In this document: positions 1 to 15,019 of the stretch, in pieces
Numbering within the stretch: the first letter of the stretch is position 1
How the letters are laid out: each line of letters starts with the position of its first letter
Source: Phoronis australis
Lineage: Eukaryota; Animalia; Phoronida
Length of the DNA: 64,000 bases
Assembly: GCA_002633005.1 (NCBI GenBank)
Contig: NMRA01000663.1
Coordinates: forward strand, 1 to 64,000
Reading direction: 5' to 3'
Program-made: the position numbers and the translations under genes
The notes under the pieces: model-generated
Told to the model about the DNA's origin: nothing
What the model saw: the letters and a program-made list of their open reading frames with translations, nothing else
The model's database searches: none

Positions 1-855
1 GTTAACAGGAGAGAAGGCGAAGCTTGTAATTTCGAATGAATGCAAAAGAGTTCATTGCGTGTAATCTATTTTTCTGGCAGCGCGTGTTACGCAATATTTA
101 CAATAGAGAACCGAGAGAGAATGTTTACGTGCGTGAGTAGGACATTGCCTACAGAATAAACTCATTGACGACATTGAAAACCCAATTTTGGAAATCGATG
201 AAGACGGTGCTAATTCTGTCCAATGAGCTAAACGAGTTAGCTCAATTGTTTTAACCTAGGATCTGACTTGAAGACAGCCCACGTTAAACGGTAGTCGTTA
301 GGACTCGTTTTACAACCAATACAGAACCAGATTGTTGACAACGTGATTCTATCTGACTGCAACCCCCCCCCCCCCTGTAGAGTTGCTTTGAATGGATACA
401 CGATCAGTGCCGAGTCCCCCAATCTATCATGAGAAGTCCGGGTGCTCATGGTAATTTGAATTAATCCCCAGGTTGTCACAATTCCCAAATTTGGAGCTTG
501 GCGCACACCTCGACGAGACGCTACTATATTTATCTTTGATTCATGAGGGACCCAAAGCTGTGAATAATTTATTTTCATTATGATTAATAATCCGTCAGTG
601 CCTTCGGGTTCGCCTGAAACGTGTCGCGGTGGATTTGACTGCAAAGATGTTTTAGATTTAGGCAAACACTGGTCTAATGACTTTGAATTGACGTGTGGAC
701 GTCCGTTTAAGACAAGATTGAAGTTGTTGGACTCGAGTTTGGCGAATAAGACGACTACAATTTTCGACCTGCAATATCCGGGTATCAATCAAATCCTCCA
801 CCCTCGTGACTGAGTGTCATAATTGCATACCCAGTGACACAGCGCCACCTATACT

Positions 856-988
856 GACCTACGCTAGGACCTAGCTAAAAGCTAGTCAAAGTCACGTGTT
901 CTCATTCAAAATGCACTGCAATATCTCACGTAATCTCGCGAAGTCTTGCCTTTTAGCGAGGTCCTGGCGTTACTGAACGGGAGGCTGA
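856..988 (+). mobile_element. Short MITE-like interspersed repeat (second copy inverted at 27331-27477)
   Basis: acgctaggacctagctaaa...gtcacgtgttctcatt...atatctcacgtaatctcgcgaagtcttgc...gaggtcctggcgttactgaacgggaggctga matches the reverse complement of 27331-27464. Ends carry inverted acgctaggacct / aggtcctggcgt motifs. Confidence 0.8.
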
Positions 989-3975
989 TTAACGACACAC
1001 GGAATTCCGTGAGTGGGCATCAATGCGCATGCTTGGTCGGAGGTTTATCGATCACATCGCCACCACTTCACACGCCTTCTATGCAATGTACTTGTTTGGG
1101 CTAGTTAGCCGTGGGATCAACGTTGATTTTGTTTACTTCGATCACTGCCTGTTATATAATAAATTGCAACTACTTCAAGTCAAAGGTGGTGGCCATAACA
1201 GTAAACTGAAAGGGGGCTTCCCAGATTTCAACCAATGGGAATGACTGAATGTCATGACATCGGTTTCATTACTTTAACCAATGAGAAGCCATAATATACA
1301 ACTTACCACAGTGCTACCTTCCGTAGCACTGTGAAAGAGTGTAATCCTTGCATTCCCAACAATAATGCAATCAAGGTCCCCGGAATATCTGAAACATTGT
1401 CAACCGAACGCATGAAGAATTGGTTCGCAGAGCAGAAACGTGGAACCCCACAAGCAACGAATTGTCAAGGCCCTTTGTTGGATCACCGAATTCATGAATT
1501 TAACAAGTTATTGGTATTTACGATCGACCGTTGAAGCCCTACAGCAACAATATTAGTTTCTGCCTAGTTAGACATTTTGGCCATTTTTGAAAATACAGGT
1601 CAGGACGTGGCACTCTTCGTGACGAATATTTATTAGCCATGGTCAGTCGTAAGTACGGCCTGCTTGTGTCATTGTTTACTCTGTAGATTAAAAATAGAAG
1701 CGATTGTTGGAAAAAGTCAAAGCCTTGTGAAAAAATCTTAGATCTTGTCCAGTTTCACTTCCAAACCATTCAAAACCCATCAAAGAGATCAAAAGCGTTC
1801 AGCAATTTTAAATTATATTTTGACTGAGATGTTGTCGCCGGAATTTCAAAACCGCAACCTTTGATACCCCGTCCACATTAATTTCCCATCCATGGCAAAA
1901 AAATAATTTGACGCCACTTGGGTTATCAGATTTTTCCTTTTGAACTTATGGCCTATAATTCCCATGGATTCTGTCGGACACGAGCCATCGCCGCGGCCCT
2001 GACAAGTCACGCAACTTTGAAGTACTCAGTATACCAGAAACTTTTACAAACATCTTAGAATTTCTCCGACACTGATTCAGTGATAACAGAGGAACACGTC
2101 AAAAATACAATTGCACCAGTATCCGATATTCTTTGCCTTCAGAAAACCAAATATCAAGTAACCTCAACACATGTATTTTTGTAACACACAAGAATTCTAG
2201 TCAACGGAGAACATTTACGCATTCACCATTAACTGACGTTCAGTATTGATGTACTCCCAGCTAAATATGGAATCGTACTCGTCTCTCAGTGAAAAACTCG
2301 TTTTTAACCAGTTCCCTGCTTATCATGTATGGAAAATTCGTCAGTGCTGATGCGTGAAGTAAAATGTGCGTTTGATTAAATGACGTGTGAAACACTGAGA
2401 CAGAGCAGAATACTGGTAATTTCCGTTTAGGCCTACTTGTACAGTGTCTTACTTTTTTTTCGAATACGAGATTCCGTCCGTTAACTTGTACCAGTGATAA
2501 CGGTGTCGTTTTTTCTCACACAAGAGGATAATTGGGGAAAAAGTTGCAGCAAGAAATAAAAGACTTGGTTAACTTATTAAAAATTCTCCAATTGGCTGCT
2601 TGCTAAGCAAAGCTTTGATCTCAGTTGAGATGTTTTGAAATAATTCTTGAATTACCGTTAGGCCTGTTCTGCGAAATTTTAACTTATACAGGTATACCTA
2701 TGTTTATGTCAACAGCTTAAAGATGTTGACATCTACATGGGTATATATGTGTCGTAATTGCTGAGCCATTTAGTCATCAGTTTGAAGAAGGCTTGTATTT
2801 GCAAAATGGCGGCCACGGTTCAAACAACCAAGGCAAAACTGTAACAACATTAGCCAACAGTTCCACAAATTCAACGATCCGTCACCACAATGGGCTAATT
2901 AAAAACTTGAGCACAAGACACCAGACGAAGCTTTCGCAAAAGTACGGCCATGTGAGATTTCTTCGACAATTTGAATAATAATAAGAATGAATAATTGGTT
3001 CAACAAGTGGTAATGCTATTGACGCATGTGTGTTTACTACAAGATGTTGGTGCCCATAAAAATGCGTGCGTGCTCCTCACAAGTAGCTTTTCTACATTAT
3101 CAGCAATGCCTTGGTTCAGCCAAAGAAATTACCAACGTCAAGATCAAAGTCGCTACCCTTTCACTCACTTGAGTTTGCGTGATTTTACGTGATTTTGCGA
3201 AATTTTGTCGAACTAGCAAGAAACTCGCTCTACAGAACGCATCCCTGCAAAGATAGGTGTTAGGTAATGCATTAAAAGCAAATCGTGATAAACATGTTTA
3301 TTCGGGGATAACTGGGTACTTGTTGACGTCGCACCATGAAGACATCCACATTACTGTGTACATTTACCCTTGATCCTGACCGGCTCCTTGTTAGACTGAT
3401 GAGTTGTTTCTTTCACGGAATGGCCGAAATGACTCCATTCCCAAAAGACCATAGACGCAGCATCTACAAAAACCATACATGTCACGGATTTCGTGTACAA
3501 CAAAACTTGATGTGTTTTGTGCTAGCAGCTCCAAATTTTTTCGTTGGAAAACGTTTCATTAAAGTACTGTAAGAACGGTATTATTTTTGCTTGAAACGGA
3601 AGCAGCGTAACGCCCCATGCGTGATGCTTCAGATTGACCAATGAAATGACTTGTTTGTGAAACTGTTTAAAATCAGTTTTAAAGGTAGTTGCAGACAATT
3701 TTAGCACATCTGAGGGGCTTCTATCTACTTTCTAAGTCTGACCTTTGCAAAGTCAATGATTGCCCATAGGCAACATGTTGTACGCGTTTTCCATCGTTGA
3801 ACCGAGTATCACATTTTCCTCCATATTAACGATTTAGCAAATCGCGTGCTACCCAGCAATAATAACTATTTAGTAAATAGTATACTTAACAAAAAAATGT
3901 TCAATAAGTTAATATTTAAGTAAGCAGTGGTATTTGAACTATCTATAAATATCAAGAATTTGAATAAATTTGCAA

Positions 3976-4123
3976 ATGACAATCCATTGCTAAACGATAA
4001 ATTTTGCAGTGGTGAAGGCAGTTTATATACAGCACACGTAAAAATTAAGTAGATGACGATCTATCGCTAAGCGATAAATTCTGCAGTCGTGAAAGCACTT
4101 TATACACGTCAAAACTAAGTAGA
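3976..4123. repeat. Two diverged tandem copies of a ~77-bp unit
   Basis: atgacaatccattgctaaacgataaattttgcagtggtgaagg... at 3976 and atgacgatctatcgctaagcgataaattctgcagtcgtgaaag... at 4053. Confidence 0.8.
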
Positions 4124-6772
4124 CAAAAATGCTGTTTCCCTGTCAACGGGTAATGGCATGTCAAGACAAGTCACTATAGCTAGTGTGACGAAGAATTCCG
4201 CTTTCACTCTGCCATCATGACGGTAAATTCCGGATCAATTTCTGATAAATTTTGTAGTGTTTTTGTTCCATTACCACTACAAGATACTCTTGTTCTGACA
4301 TTCATCAATTTAGTCCACATGATGAGTTTCTTCAGTTGAAAGATATCACTAAACTGTAAGCATTTCGTAAATTTCAACAATTTGGCAATAGCTTTTTGAG
4401 TTTTTTGAAAAAGTGGGCGGTTTCCGGGGATCCTCATTGAATATGGCGGCAGTCAAGTGAGTATCTGCAATGCATGAATCAGTCTTTACTAACTACGGCG
4501 GCCATTCTTGGTGGTGATGCACCTCCAAAAATAATAAATATTAAACTAAAAAAATCGTATAAATTCAATTAAGTTGTGTTGAATGAGCAGTGTTTAGGCT
4601 TAAGTTCCGAGTGGACCAACTTGCGATAAAATCCGTTTCAAGAAGTTTTGTCTAAAATGAATCGAAAAGAGTATCCTTAAAGGTAACAAATGTAAATAGG
4701 TCTTGCGACAGTGGCAGTTACGTCACATAAGTTCTGCATCGGTTCATTCTCGTCAGAATACCTGCTTCACACAGTTTACATGTACGTCATACACAGTGGC
4801 ACATGTTGCAACGAAGCCAGTAGTTTCGTATTGGAATTTCCAAATGGCTGAATTTAAGTTAAAAGTAATACCGTGGCATTCATTGATCGGGGAATACTAA
4901 TAGTAAAAATTGAGAATTATTTTCCGGAAAATTGTAGAATTTTTACTGACGTTGCGAGGTTAACTTGCGTCATTCCACTGGGTAGAACTATATTTCAACA
5001 AATTGCGTTCGTTGAGTACAGTTATTAATAGACGTCATTCCTGACGTTATGTTGTGAAGCCATTATTTTCCTTTAGTTTGACGTATGTAGTGTTTTCAGA
5101 CTCTAGATGATTTGAAATGAACACCGACGCTGCACTGCAGTTCAACGATGGCTTTGTCGCCGAAACTCATGAGGCTTCTTTCACTCCCCCTAAACCAATC
5201 GATCTCTCTGTTCAGTAAATCAACGTTTTCAGTCGCCAAGTTGTGATCGCAATTTCAAAATAATGAAAATCGCCGAGTTTAGTCCAGTGTCTTTGTATCT
5301 CTTATCTTGGGAAAGTGTCTTCCCTCGTCACATCTGAGTTCGATAACGAATACCACATTGTCTCTCTTGGAACTGTGATCTCGGCGAGATGGAACATGTT
5401 GGATATACAACGGCAAATGACCAAATTCAGTTCTTTTTCTGCACATGAAAAGTAGCAGTCATAATGTGTCGACAGAAAACGTTGGTGTGCTGGATGGAAA
5501 GATCGATTTAAGAGGGAAGAAAACAGGAAACTCTGACAAACCGTCACTGAATCGAAACGGTGGAGTTCGGTTCCAATTATTTACAGCCTGGAACCTGAAT
5601 AACGGATTCACACCCTGACGTCAAGAATGACACCTGACCTATTATACACCTGTACACGATGCAAATCGAAGAAGGTATATTGATCCTGCGCTGTCACTAA
5701 TGAATCAACAGTTTTCCGGAAGAAAAGATTCATAATTTTTAATTATTAGGGCATTTTTTTAATTTACATGCAATCTTACCTGTAGGATTCATTGGTAACC
5801 GAAAAGACAGTACTCTTGGTGCATCTGGTCACACGTAACAGTTCTCTTGGCTAAAGCAACATTGCGCTACAGCACCTCGCCAATCTAATGTCACAACCGC
5901 GACTAGGCCTACTGACGAAATGACAAGGTGTTTTTCCATTTAGGATAACCCGTTATCACATGCCAATGTTGAGTTATCAAAGGTAACGCTAGATAACAAA
6001 CAGTAAATGGGCAGGGTACAAGCACTCGCAGTTTCAACATTTGGTTAAAACTCTTTCACAAGGTCATGTGCAACGTACAGATTGGAGCAGTTTCAGATGC
6101 ACAATTCAACGAGTACATTTACCTGGTGCCTGTTTAACCGAAATTAGAGATTTATTTATCATTTGGCTTTGGCTTTTAGGCAAGCCTGTTCCCGAGCAGG
6201 TTACTAATTTCTGTTTTTCGGACTTTAAATTGTAGACAGATTTTCGGACTTTTAGACTTAGTCTGATTTCTAATGACTGGTTTTTCGCCTTAAGTCAATA
6301 GACATCAGAATCGTTGACAAACAGCTGTCAGGATTTTAGTAGACTAGTAATTTTTTATCGTATTGCACGAAAGCTTTCCTTGCGCCATGCACATTTTACA
6401 CCAGGAATCAATTACAGTGTGCACAGCAATCTTGGCAACGTTTTCTTATTTTTTGAAAATAAATAATACAAACAAGCTAGTAACAAATACAGCAACCATT
6501 AGCATACAACGACATCTTGTGATCTCATTGTGTTTCACCAAATCAGGGATTGCGTTCAATAGACATGAGACACTCGCAATGCATTTACGGCGAAAACCGT
6601 TCACTTGTTGAACGGAAACAGTAGATTCTACTCCATCAATCAACATTCCAAACTCCAATCACTTCTGTGGCCGCTCTTTTCTTAGGATACGCTGGTGAGA
6701 CCCATGTACTCGCGAAACACCCGCCTTTTTCTCGCGTTATTTTCCGTAATCTTACGTGATCTCGCTTTTTCT

Positions 6773-7041
6773 CCAGTCACGTTCCCAAGGCTCAAGATGG
6801 CGCTGATCGGTTCAGCCACTTGAGGCTTAGTGAGGAGAAAATCACCTGTCAGAATTATGACGCATTTTTTCGGGAATCACCGGAATATCACGAGTTATAC
6901 TAAGGAGTCTCTGAGATTTGTTGAGCGGTAATTATGCAACAATTTAGATTTAGATCATTGAAAATTTGGGGATATCTCCTCGACAAAGCCTCAACCGGCT
7001 AAACCGATCAGCGCCTTCTTGAGGCTAGGGGACGAAGCTGG
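6773..7041. mobile_element. MITE with ~65-bp imperfect terminal inverted repeats
   Basis: Left arm ccagtcacgttcccaaggctcaagatggcgctgatcggttcagccacttgaggcttagtgaggaga pairs with right arm tctcctcgacaaagcctcaaccggctaaaccgatcagcgccttcttgaggctaggggacgaagctgg. No coding capacity. Confidence 0.8.
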
Positions 7042-7438
7042 GTTTTTCAAGAGCTGGTTGATGGAACCTAACTGAAATTAGAAATAAATGACACTCCACC
7101 CATATATCTACTTGTCATATTGACCTATTCTTGCGACTTTGAGCTTTTCAAGCTACCAACAGATCACCGCGGTGATCTATTGACCAGCATGTAGTAAATT
7201 TTGTTTCCAACTCATATGGAATTCCTTATCGTCTTGTGGAGAACTGTGAGTTGTATTCTTACACGTTTTTAACCCTTTCATACGATTGTCGGCTAGTCAG
7301 AACTAAACCCATAAAAACACAACAGACTTTGGTAATAACCTCAGGAAGCCAACTCTACACAAAGTTAATTATCCCAAAATGCGATTTTTCGGCCGTAAAA
7401 CCGAGTGTGTCCTTTTAAATTGATTTCGCCGACATGTT

Positions 7439-7531
7439 AGTTGGACTGGTGGCACCTTCTGTACTCGGATACACGAACTGGACTGTGTAGTATCCTGATC
7501 GAGAGTATACAGTAGCACCCAACAACCGACT
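7439..7531. repeat. Imperfect palindromic (fold-back) short repeat
   Basis: agttgg...tgtactc ggatac ... gtatcc ... gagtataca...ccgact arms pair imperfectly. Confidence 0.45.
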
Positions 7532-10500
7532 GAGTTAGAAAATTAGTGATAAAGCTAACAGCCAACTAGGCCATACTTGAATGGCAAACGAAACCTGAGA
7601 ATCACCGATCGCTAAATTCCAAGAACAAATCGTAAAAAATGATTTGGAAGCTAACTGTATGTACCAATTCGCTTGTGATCATAATATATTCATTTGCGGG
7701 AGCATAAAAAAGAACTGACCTTTGTAAATATTAACGACTTTGAGATATGGCGGTTTTAGTCCTTGGATACAGCAGTCATAACATCAGTGTGTAGGATTTT
7801 ATTGCCAGCATGTTGACAATTTTGTAGTAGAGTTTTATGTTGGAAACAGCTAATTGCAAGGCGATTAATTTTTATCTAACTCCACCAATTGCAGTTTATA
7901 ATGGACAGTCTGTTTTGTAGCAAATATTTACATTTGGTCATAAATCTCGGAGAACTGACCTACAGGGGTAAAAGAAACGTGGCCCATTAGGTGAGTGACG
8001 TTTCACAACCAGTTCATTCCATTCCAAAGGATTCCTTTTACAACAAAATTCCCTAAAAAGGGTTTACTTTGAGAGTTCAAAACACGCTACAAAATGATTT
8101 CTTTTCCAACTAAACAAATCTACTATGAGAAGGGATTTTTATATTTCTATACTTCTAAAGCTTTTATTGCAAAACATAATTTTGGCAACACGGCATCTCT
8201 TCTTATAATATTTCGGGCTTTTAAGCTAATGGGTCAGAAATTAAAAATTCAGTTGTTCAAAAATCGCCTGCCAAAAATATAATATATTCTAGTAGACAAT
8301 TAGAAATGCGTACCTGCGACAGTTTGACATGTGACTGAACAAGATTCGTAGACTAGTCCGACGACCTTCAGTTTTTTAGTCCAGTATTTTAAGAGAAAGG
8401 TGAAACCTAAATGCAAAATGTCATTGTTTGTAGTATAACGGCATTATGGGATTGATGAGAAGTCATCGAAGCAAACAAATATCAAACTTTTCCACAAATT
8501 TTCTTGAAGATGTAATCCGTGGAAACAGAATGTCGAGAGTAGACGACAGACATTTCGAAATGCGCCGAAAGTCGTAAGATCGTGCCGTGAGTTCCACATA
8601 AAGATCGTAAGATTGACGAAAATATGCTGACTGTAAGAAAATCCCAAGACAGACTTATAAAAACGTAAAATTCTAGGGTCATCATGCAGATGAAAAGTAG
8701 GCAATTATTTCAAGAACGCCTCAAGTACAAGTAGGTCACGTGAATTTGACAACAATTAGTTAAAAAACTATGACGTAGCCAGGAATGGCTACAAACTCCG
8801 GTATCGTCAGTAGTACTGGATTTTGGAATTCCTCACAAAAAATCTTTGGAAGCGTAGCTTTAGCCTGTCACTAATGACTGCGAAAACAATGTTGTGACTT
8901 TAATTAGAACAAACTATTACAACAAATATAAATTCGACAATGCATGTAGCTTGTAGCCCGCATTCACACGTAATGTGCCTTCATAAACCAAATTAATTGC
9001 ATGCCAGTAAAACTTAACTACGACTGAACTCACGACTTTTGGTTGAACGTGCCCAAGAGTCATGGTCAAATATAAAAGTTGCTGAGTGTACTTGGCCCGA
9101 CAAAACCTCATTGTGAATTCTGTAATTGTGATAAGATAACACTGCAATCTTGTCTTACAATCCACCTGCTACCCTATGCTTTGGTAACAATAATTCAAAT
9201 ATCTCGTGGTCCAATAGTACTTTTGGAGTTGCAGTATTTCAGCCGCCGTGGGCAGAGGTCTCCACTGACGGACACACTCTTTCCCACAGCCTCGTTCTAG
9301 CCACCGGCGCGCTGTTGTTGACTGTGAGTTGACTGTCCTGATAACTGTGGCTTCAGTGCTTCGCATTCACTACGAACTGACACCGGCGCAGAATTGAGAT
9401 TATAAATGCGTTGATATCAACACGGAATTAAAAGCAACAAAAGTTTTATGGTGAGGGAACAAGTGTAGCACCCTTGTTGGCAAGGAAAGCTATGCAGCAG
9501 CCTAGATAATCTGCGTGATTTTCATGACCAGTCAAGATCCACATTAGACCGGAACTACTTGTACTCGTCTATCTTTCCCAATGTTACGAGGGTTAGCACT
9601 GGGAAAAGATCATGCATTAACACAACGAATACATTCGGACATTCCAATCGGTTGGAAAACGACATTCAAACATTCTGATTGCCTGATGTTGAGAAATGCA
9701 TCAGTATATGTATATGCCCTACTGCTCCATCTATTGAGAAATGCCTTGTTTGCGCTTTCTGCAAGCATAAGAATAGGCCATGTCAATGCATTCTACGCAA
9801 GTTCGTGTTTCTGACATGCACAAGGCTACATGGCGTCAAATAAAACAACGAAACGATTCGCTCCACTCTCCCGGAGCATTCCCTTATGTACATGTACACG
9901 AGGTTGTGTCTCTGATACGGCATGTGCATCCGTTCAGACCCAGGCGTGAGCACCGAGCACTCCAGGGTTCTGTTTCATAAAAAGCGGCTTCAGACCTAAA
10001 TGAGAACCGCTTCACAATTGTCAAATAAAAGTTTCGTCATGTAATTCTTAAAACACCTTTTTCAGTAAGTAACAGTTACGGGTACATTCTCACATATTTT
10101 GTACTTTTGCTAAAATGACTTTTATTTTTCATAAATAGTTGTGTTACGGGTAAAAAAATTTTCTGTCTTAAGTGTCGAGACATTTTTCATGAGACACCTG
10201 GAACTATCTTTTAATCAACCTCCGGGTAAAGCAGACATAAATTATATTTACCCATTACCAATAATAATTCAAACAATATACAAAAATAGCGCAGACCTAA
10301 ATTGAAAAATAAAAAACTACTACGGCAGCAATAAATCGATGAACGAATTTAAGTAAATAGCAAAATGCATCACACTCATGATCAAGTGACATTTTTCTCG
10401 AATCATTTATGGCATATCAACATCGTCCTTAATTAAACATAATGTCTAGTTCTTCGAGGATTTTTCCTAAGCGGAAATCAAATGAGTGCACCATAATTCG

Positions 10501-12348
10501 GTTTATACAACTATGTTAACCATCAGACTCACGAGTAACGTACCATGTCGAATCGATACAGCAACGTTTACTTGACGACTGTTACAATACGAACAACTGG
10601 CAAATCACAGCTCAGCAAAAAAATGAAGCTTCGTTTTGCCCAGGCTGTCATTTTTGAATTGACCTCTTAACCGCGGCGCGTTGAGTTTTAAAAACATGAC
10701 CACGCTCATCTGATCCTGGATTGTTGCCAAACCCAATTCAATGGAAACAATGCGTATGTGTCCTTTTTTAATTCGAAATTTTAAGGTTGGTAAAACCCAT
10801 TAAGCTCCAAAGCGTTTGTGTGGGTCGTCGACGGTTTTGATGTTTTGTTGGTAGCGGAAATCAAATCCTATCAAGATGAGATATATTATATAGAATTTAG
10901 TGGTGTTACTCATTTTCGTTGTTTTTGCAGATATGAACTGAGGAAATCCAATTTAAAGTATGTGAGATTTCCTTACTCACGAGTTTTATGGGTAGTCCAG
11001 ATGTGAGGAAGACTCCAGGAATAACACGATAAGCCACATGAACTGATAAAACACACAATAGTTCGCTGCAATTTTATTATGGATGATGACAGTACGTATG
11101 CCTGCGCGCGGTTTGCAATACAAAGCACTGGGGATTCCGCAAGCGATTCGTAAATTATTTATCTCGGAATACCCCAGTGTAGGCCCGGCTGCCTGCAAAA
11201 GTGTTGAGAGGGCAGTTTGAATTTATTTCTTCTTACTTGTCACATTTAAAGCATAAAGACTGATACAAAAGACACAGTGACATACACAAACTTGAGACAT
11301 AAACAACACATTAAAGGTAATAAAAGCGAGATCGTGATGCATATTTATGTAGACAAGTCCCTGCTACAGGAGCGTACTAAGGAAACTGCTAAAGTGTGGG
11401 AAAGAGAGAGAAAGAGAGAGCGAGAGATTAGTCTTGGAAGCCAACATCTCGTTTTTGCGATTGTACTAAGCAACTTCATCGTTAATGAAGATTAAGCAAA
11501 TACGTCTTCACCAGGAGAGCGATTGTAAACCAAGTTGCTCTTGGAAAAAATCAAGATCTCGCATGGCCTCGCAAAACCACGCGCGTGAAGGGCGAGTGTT
11601 TTGCGAACACGCTTAGAAGCTCACTAGCGTGACCTACCAAAACGGCGGCTCCTGAAATGATTGGCCGGCAAGGTTGGAGTGTGGAATTGTGGGACTGAAT
11701 TTACTGTTTCCATTCCTTAAGTGATTTTGCCGTAAGTGCAAGTTAAAGTCTTGCGGTCTGTGGAACGTAACCCTGATCTTTTGCGAAAAAGGAACAAGAC
11801 GGATTTTTGTCACACTTCCCTTGGCCTCGTGGTGCTAACCTGTTATTGCAAAGCGAGAATTTAACAGAGGTTTGTAAGGCCTCATTCTGGTTTCTCGTGT
11901 AACAAGATGGCAGTTTTTCACAAAGTTTGAAAACACGCACGTTCTATACAGGCGCAAGAGTTGTTTAAATCCCTGTGCAGACTCGCGCTGCAACAATGGC
12001 GAGTTCCGTAGAGCACATTTCTTCCAAAATCACGCGACTGGAAGACGACTGTTAAGTGAGTAGGCTCGAGATATTTCTAACGTGCACTAACGGAGCCAGT
12101 GACGTAAAACCACTTTCCGTTTTTTTCTACTTTGCAGGTCGAAGTATAATTATACATTGTTTGCATGCGATTTCTATTCAAACTTTTATTCTCACAATGG
12201 TCTCAAATACAATTATTCGAAGCTTTTTAGTTTTCTGAATAATAATAGATAACAATAATCTTAGTAAATAATCGACAGTGGGGGATGTTATTGCTATTTT
12301 ATTACATTATTTTACAATTTAATAGTCTAAATATTATTGGTAATGTAA

Positions 12349-12358
12349 GATGATGATA

Positions 12359-12424
<66 letters not shown>

Positions 12425-12545
12425 GATGATGACGAGAATGGTGATGATGATCATAATAGTAACGAAAATAATCATCAATGATCATGACGGAGATGACGAT
12501 GAAGACAACATTAATAATGATGATGACGATGATGATAATGATAAC
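12349..12545. repeat. (GAT)n microsatellite with degenerate extension
   Basis: Nearly pure gatgatgat run 12349-12423, then degenerate gat/gac/aat triplets. Explains the poly-S/D/M pseudo-ORFs here. Confidence 0.95.
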
Positions 12546-15019
12546 CACGAGGACCATAGAGATTTCATGACAGTAGTTGCTGTTGTATTATCGTGGCAGG
12601 GACTGATGCCGAAGATAGACAAACATGCCGAGCGGGGGAGAAGCAATTTTGTCACTTGACAGACGACAACAACGATATCCTTATCTCGTGGCATCCGACT
12701 ACTTACTGATTGCCTTGGACTCTGTATCGACACCTGCGCCCGTGTTCGACTGGTTAGCTCCCATGACCTAAGCCTGTCCTTGAGGTGCTAACTTTGCTCA
12801 GACCATAGATCCTTCTCGACGATCGATTGTTAGATGCCAGTACACGTTGCACACTTCCTCACTTACAAAATGCAAAATCCATCCAAAGACCGGAATACCA
12901 ACAGACTTTGCTCTCTGTTATCGGGACTCTACAACCGACAAGCATGGACCTACAGTAGAACTATACCCATGTATCGTCCGCCTGAGAAATTCAGTAAAGC
13001 ACTGGGCTATCAACCAAATCTGTTCCCGATCGTGCACATTAAATACAGTGCAGAGATAACATAGTTCAATAAAGCCAAGGTCGTAAATTCGCCGGCGCTC
13101 TCGCGTTGTTCTTTCAATCAAGGCTAGGTTAGGCCTACCTGCTTTAACGCTTTGGCTTCACGGATTGGTTAGAATGAGAGATTTGGGATTGTTTACACGC
13201 GCGTAACTTTCAGAGGAACAAAAATCATCTGATCGGAACTTGAAACTAGCCTATACAAGGAATTAAAACGATAAGATGCAAGACCAGAGCAAATGACAGA
13301 GTCATATTTGACGTCACTTGGGCAATTATATCATGTGGTAAAATCATCGGTTGGTACGCCATCTGCGGTAAAAGAATGGCCGCCTCTTAATAGAATCTAC
13401 AGACGTGTGTTATGTTATGTCAAAATAGCAACACATTGAGATACCTGGCCTAGAGCTGTACAACTTAACTTTTTGCGACTTAATGGCGAAGAACTACCGG
13501 AATCAATGGCGTCTCTCAAAAGTCTGGAAATAAGGGAAAGATTCCACCACTGAATAGGGCAAGTCCCAACAAATCAAAATTCTTCCAGCAAATGAAAGGA
13601 ATAACACAGAGATTAGGACAGAAAAACAGGAGAGAGGAAGAGAGACCACGTGAGGCATTTCGAAAAAGTCACATGCCAAGTTCACGAACGACGTCATCAA
13701 TGTTCCGAAGGCCTCTCTTTGCCGTAAACGAGCCGAAGTAACCAGCTTATAGGTAAATGACAAACATTTTGAAAGTGTCCCTAATGCGTCCACAATTCCT
13801 GATGCCATCAAAGATTTCTGAAGAAGCTGTCAGTTTTTACAATTTTATGATTGACTCTTGGAAAAGACGAGATTCGGGCCATTTGTGGTAACGACTAGCA
13901 GAAAATAATCACTATTTGAAATTCGACAACAAATACTAAAAATCGATCAGTGTTTTAGTCATGCACATTTTGCTTCCTGTTATTAAAACAACCACCATAG
14001 TTTAAGAAGCGATGTGGCGCTCTCTCTCTCTTCCTCTCTCTTTGTCTCTACCAGGAGTCGTCAACCGAAAACAATAATAACTAAAACAAATCTTAAAAAA
14101 CAACTAAGTTAGTAAACGCTGACAAAACGTTTAGCACAACCACGCACATGCACACACGCCTACACGCATGCGCACTTGCACACGCGCGGGCGCGCATGCA
14201 TAAATCTATCACAACGGTTATATATTTGTTAAAGCATTGAAATGCAAATTTTCAGAATCATGGAGCAAGTGCACATGAAATATGTCAAATTTCTATTGAT
14301 CCAGACTACTCAAATTTTGGTAATTCTCATTGCACGAGATCTGTGACCTTGCGCACATGCCTTATTCGCTAGCAGCGCCTGTCGAGTTAGCACCGGTTTA
14401 CTTCGGGCATAAACGTCTGCCGACTCATTCAGAACACCTCGGGTGTTTTCGTACACTCAAATTATCTTTCGGGGATTCATATTTGCGCATGTGCCAACTT
14501 TAATCAGGACAGGAAGAAATATGACTGTCAAAAAGGAGAATGACGTCAAATACACCTTGATACTCTTGTGATGATAGGCTAAAATTGACGTGAAATAACA
14601 ATATCAGAAAGCAAGCTGCTGACTGAGCGTGACGTCATGTACGTCTTTTAAATCTGCCTTGCTAGGTGGGTAGCCATGATTTTTAACCATCTTTGCCAAT
14701 ATCTTTTTTGCAGTTCTAATTAAATTTCGCACATGCAAAATTATGAAACACCTCTGACGGATAACATCAGACTACGAATACTACCTGACGTCTTCTTTGC
14801 TGATTTTGGACAAAAAACAATACGAATTCTTCAAACCGGAAGTATAGCGGTGTGAGCGTGTTTAACCTACACGGTGTGCCTAAAGCGGCTGAATAAAGGT
14901 TGTATTCGGTTTTATTACGACTTTCTGGAATCATCGTTGTAGTCAGGTCCCTTGAGTAGAGTTGACAGAACGGAAAAGCCAGTCAACACAGCAAACAGCT
15001 GTGACAAATCTACGTTTTC

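Noticed and set aside
237-813. 183-aa minus and 77-aa plus ORFs at the window start
   Set aside because: No recognisable motifs or convincing splice structure; the minus ORF has a non-ATG start.
12327-12733. Poly-Ser/Asp/Met/His ORFs
   Set aside because: Translation of the (GAT)n microsatellite.
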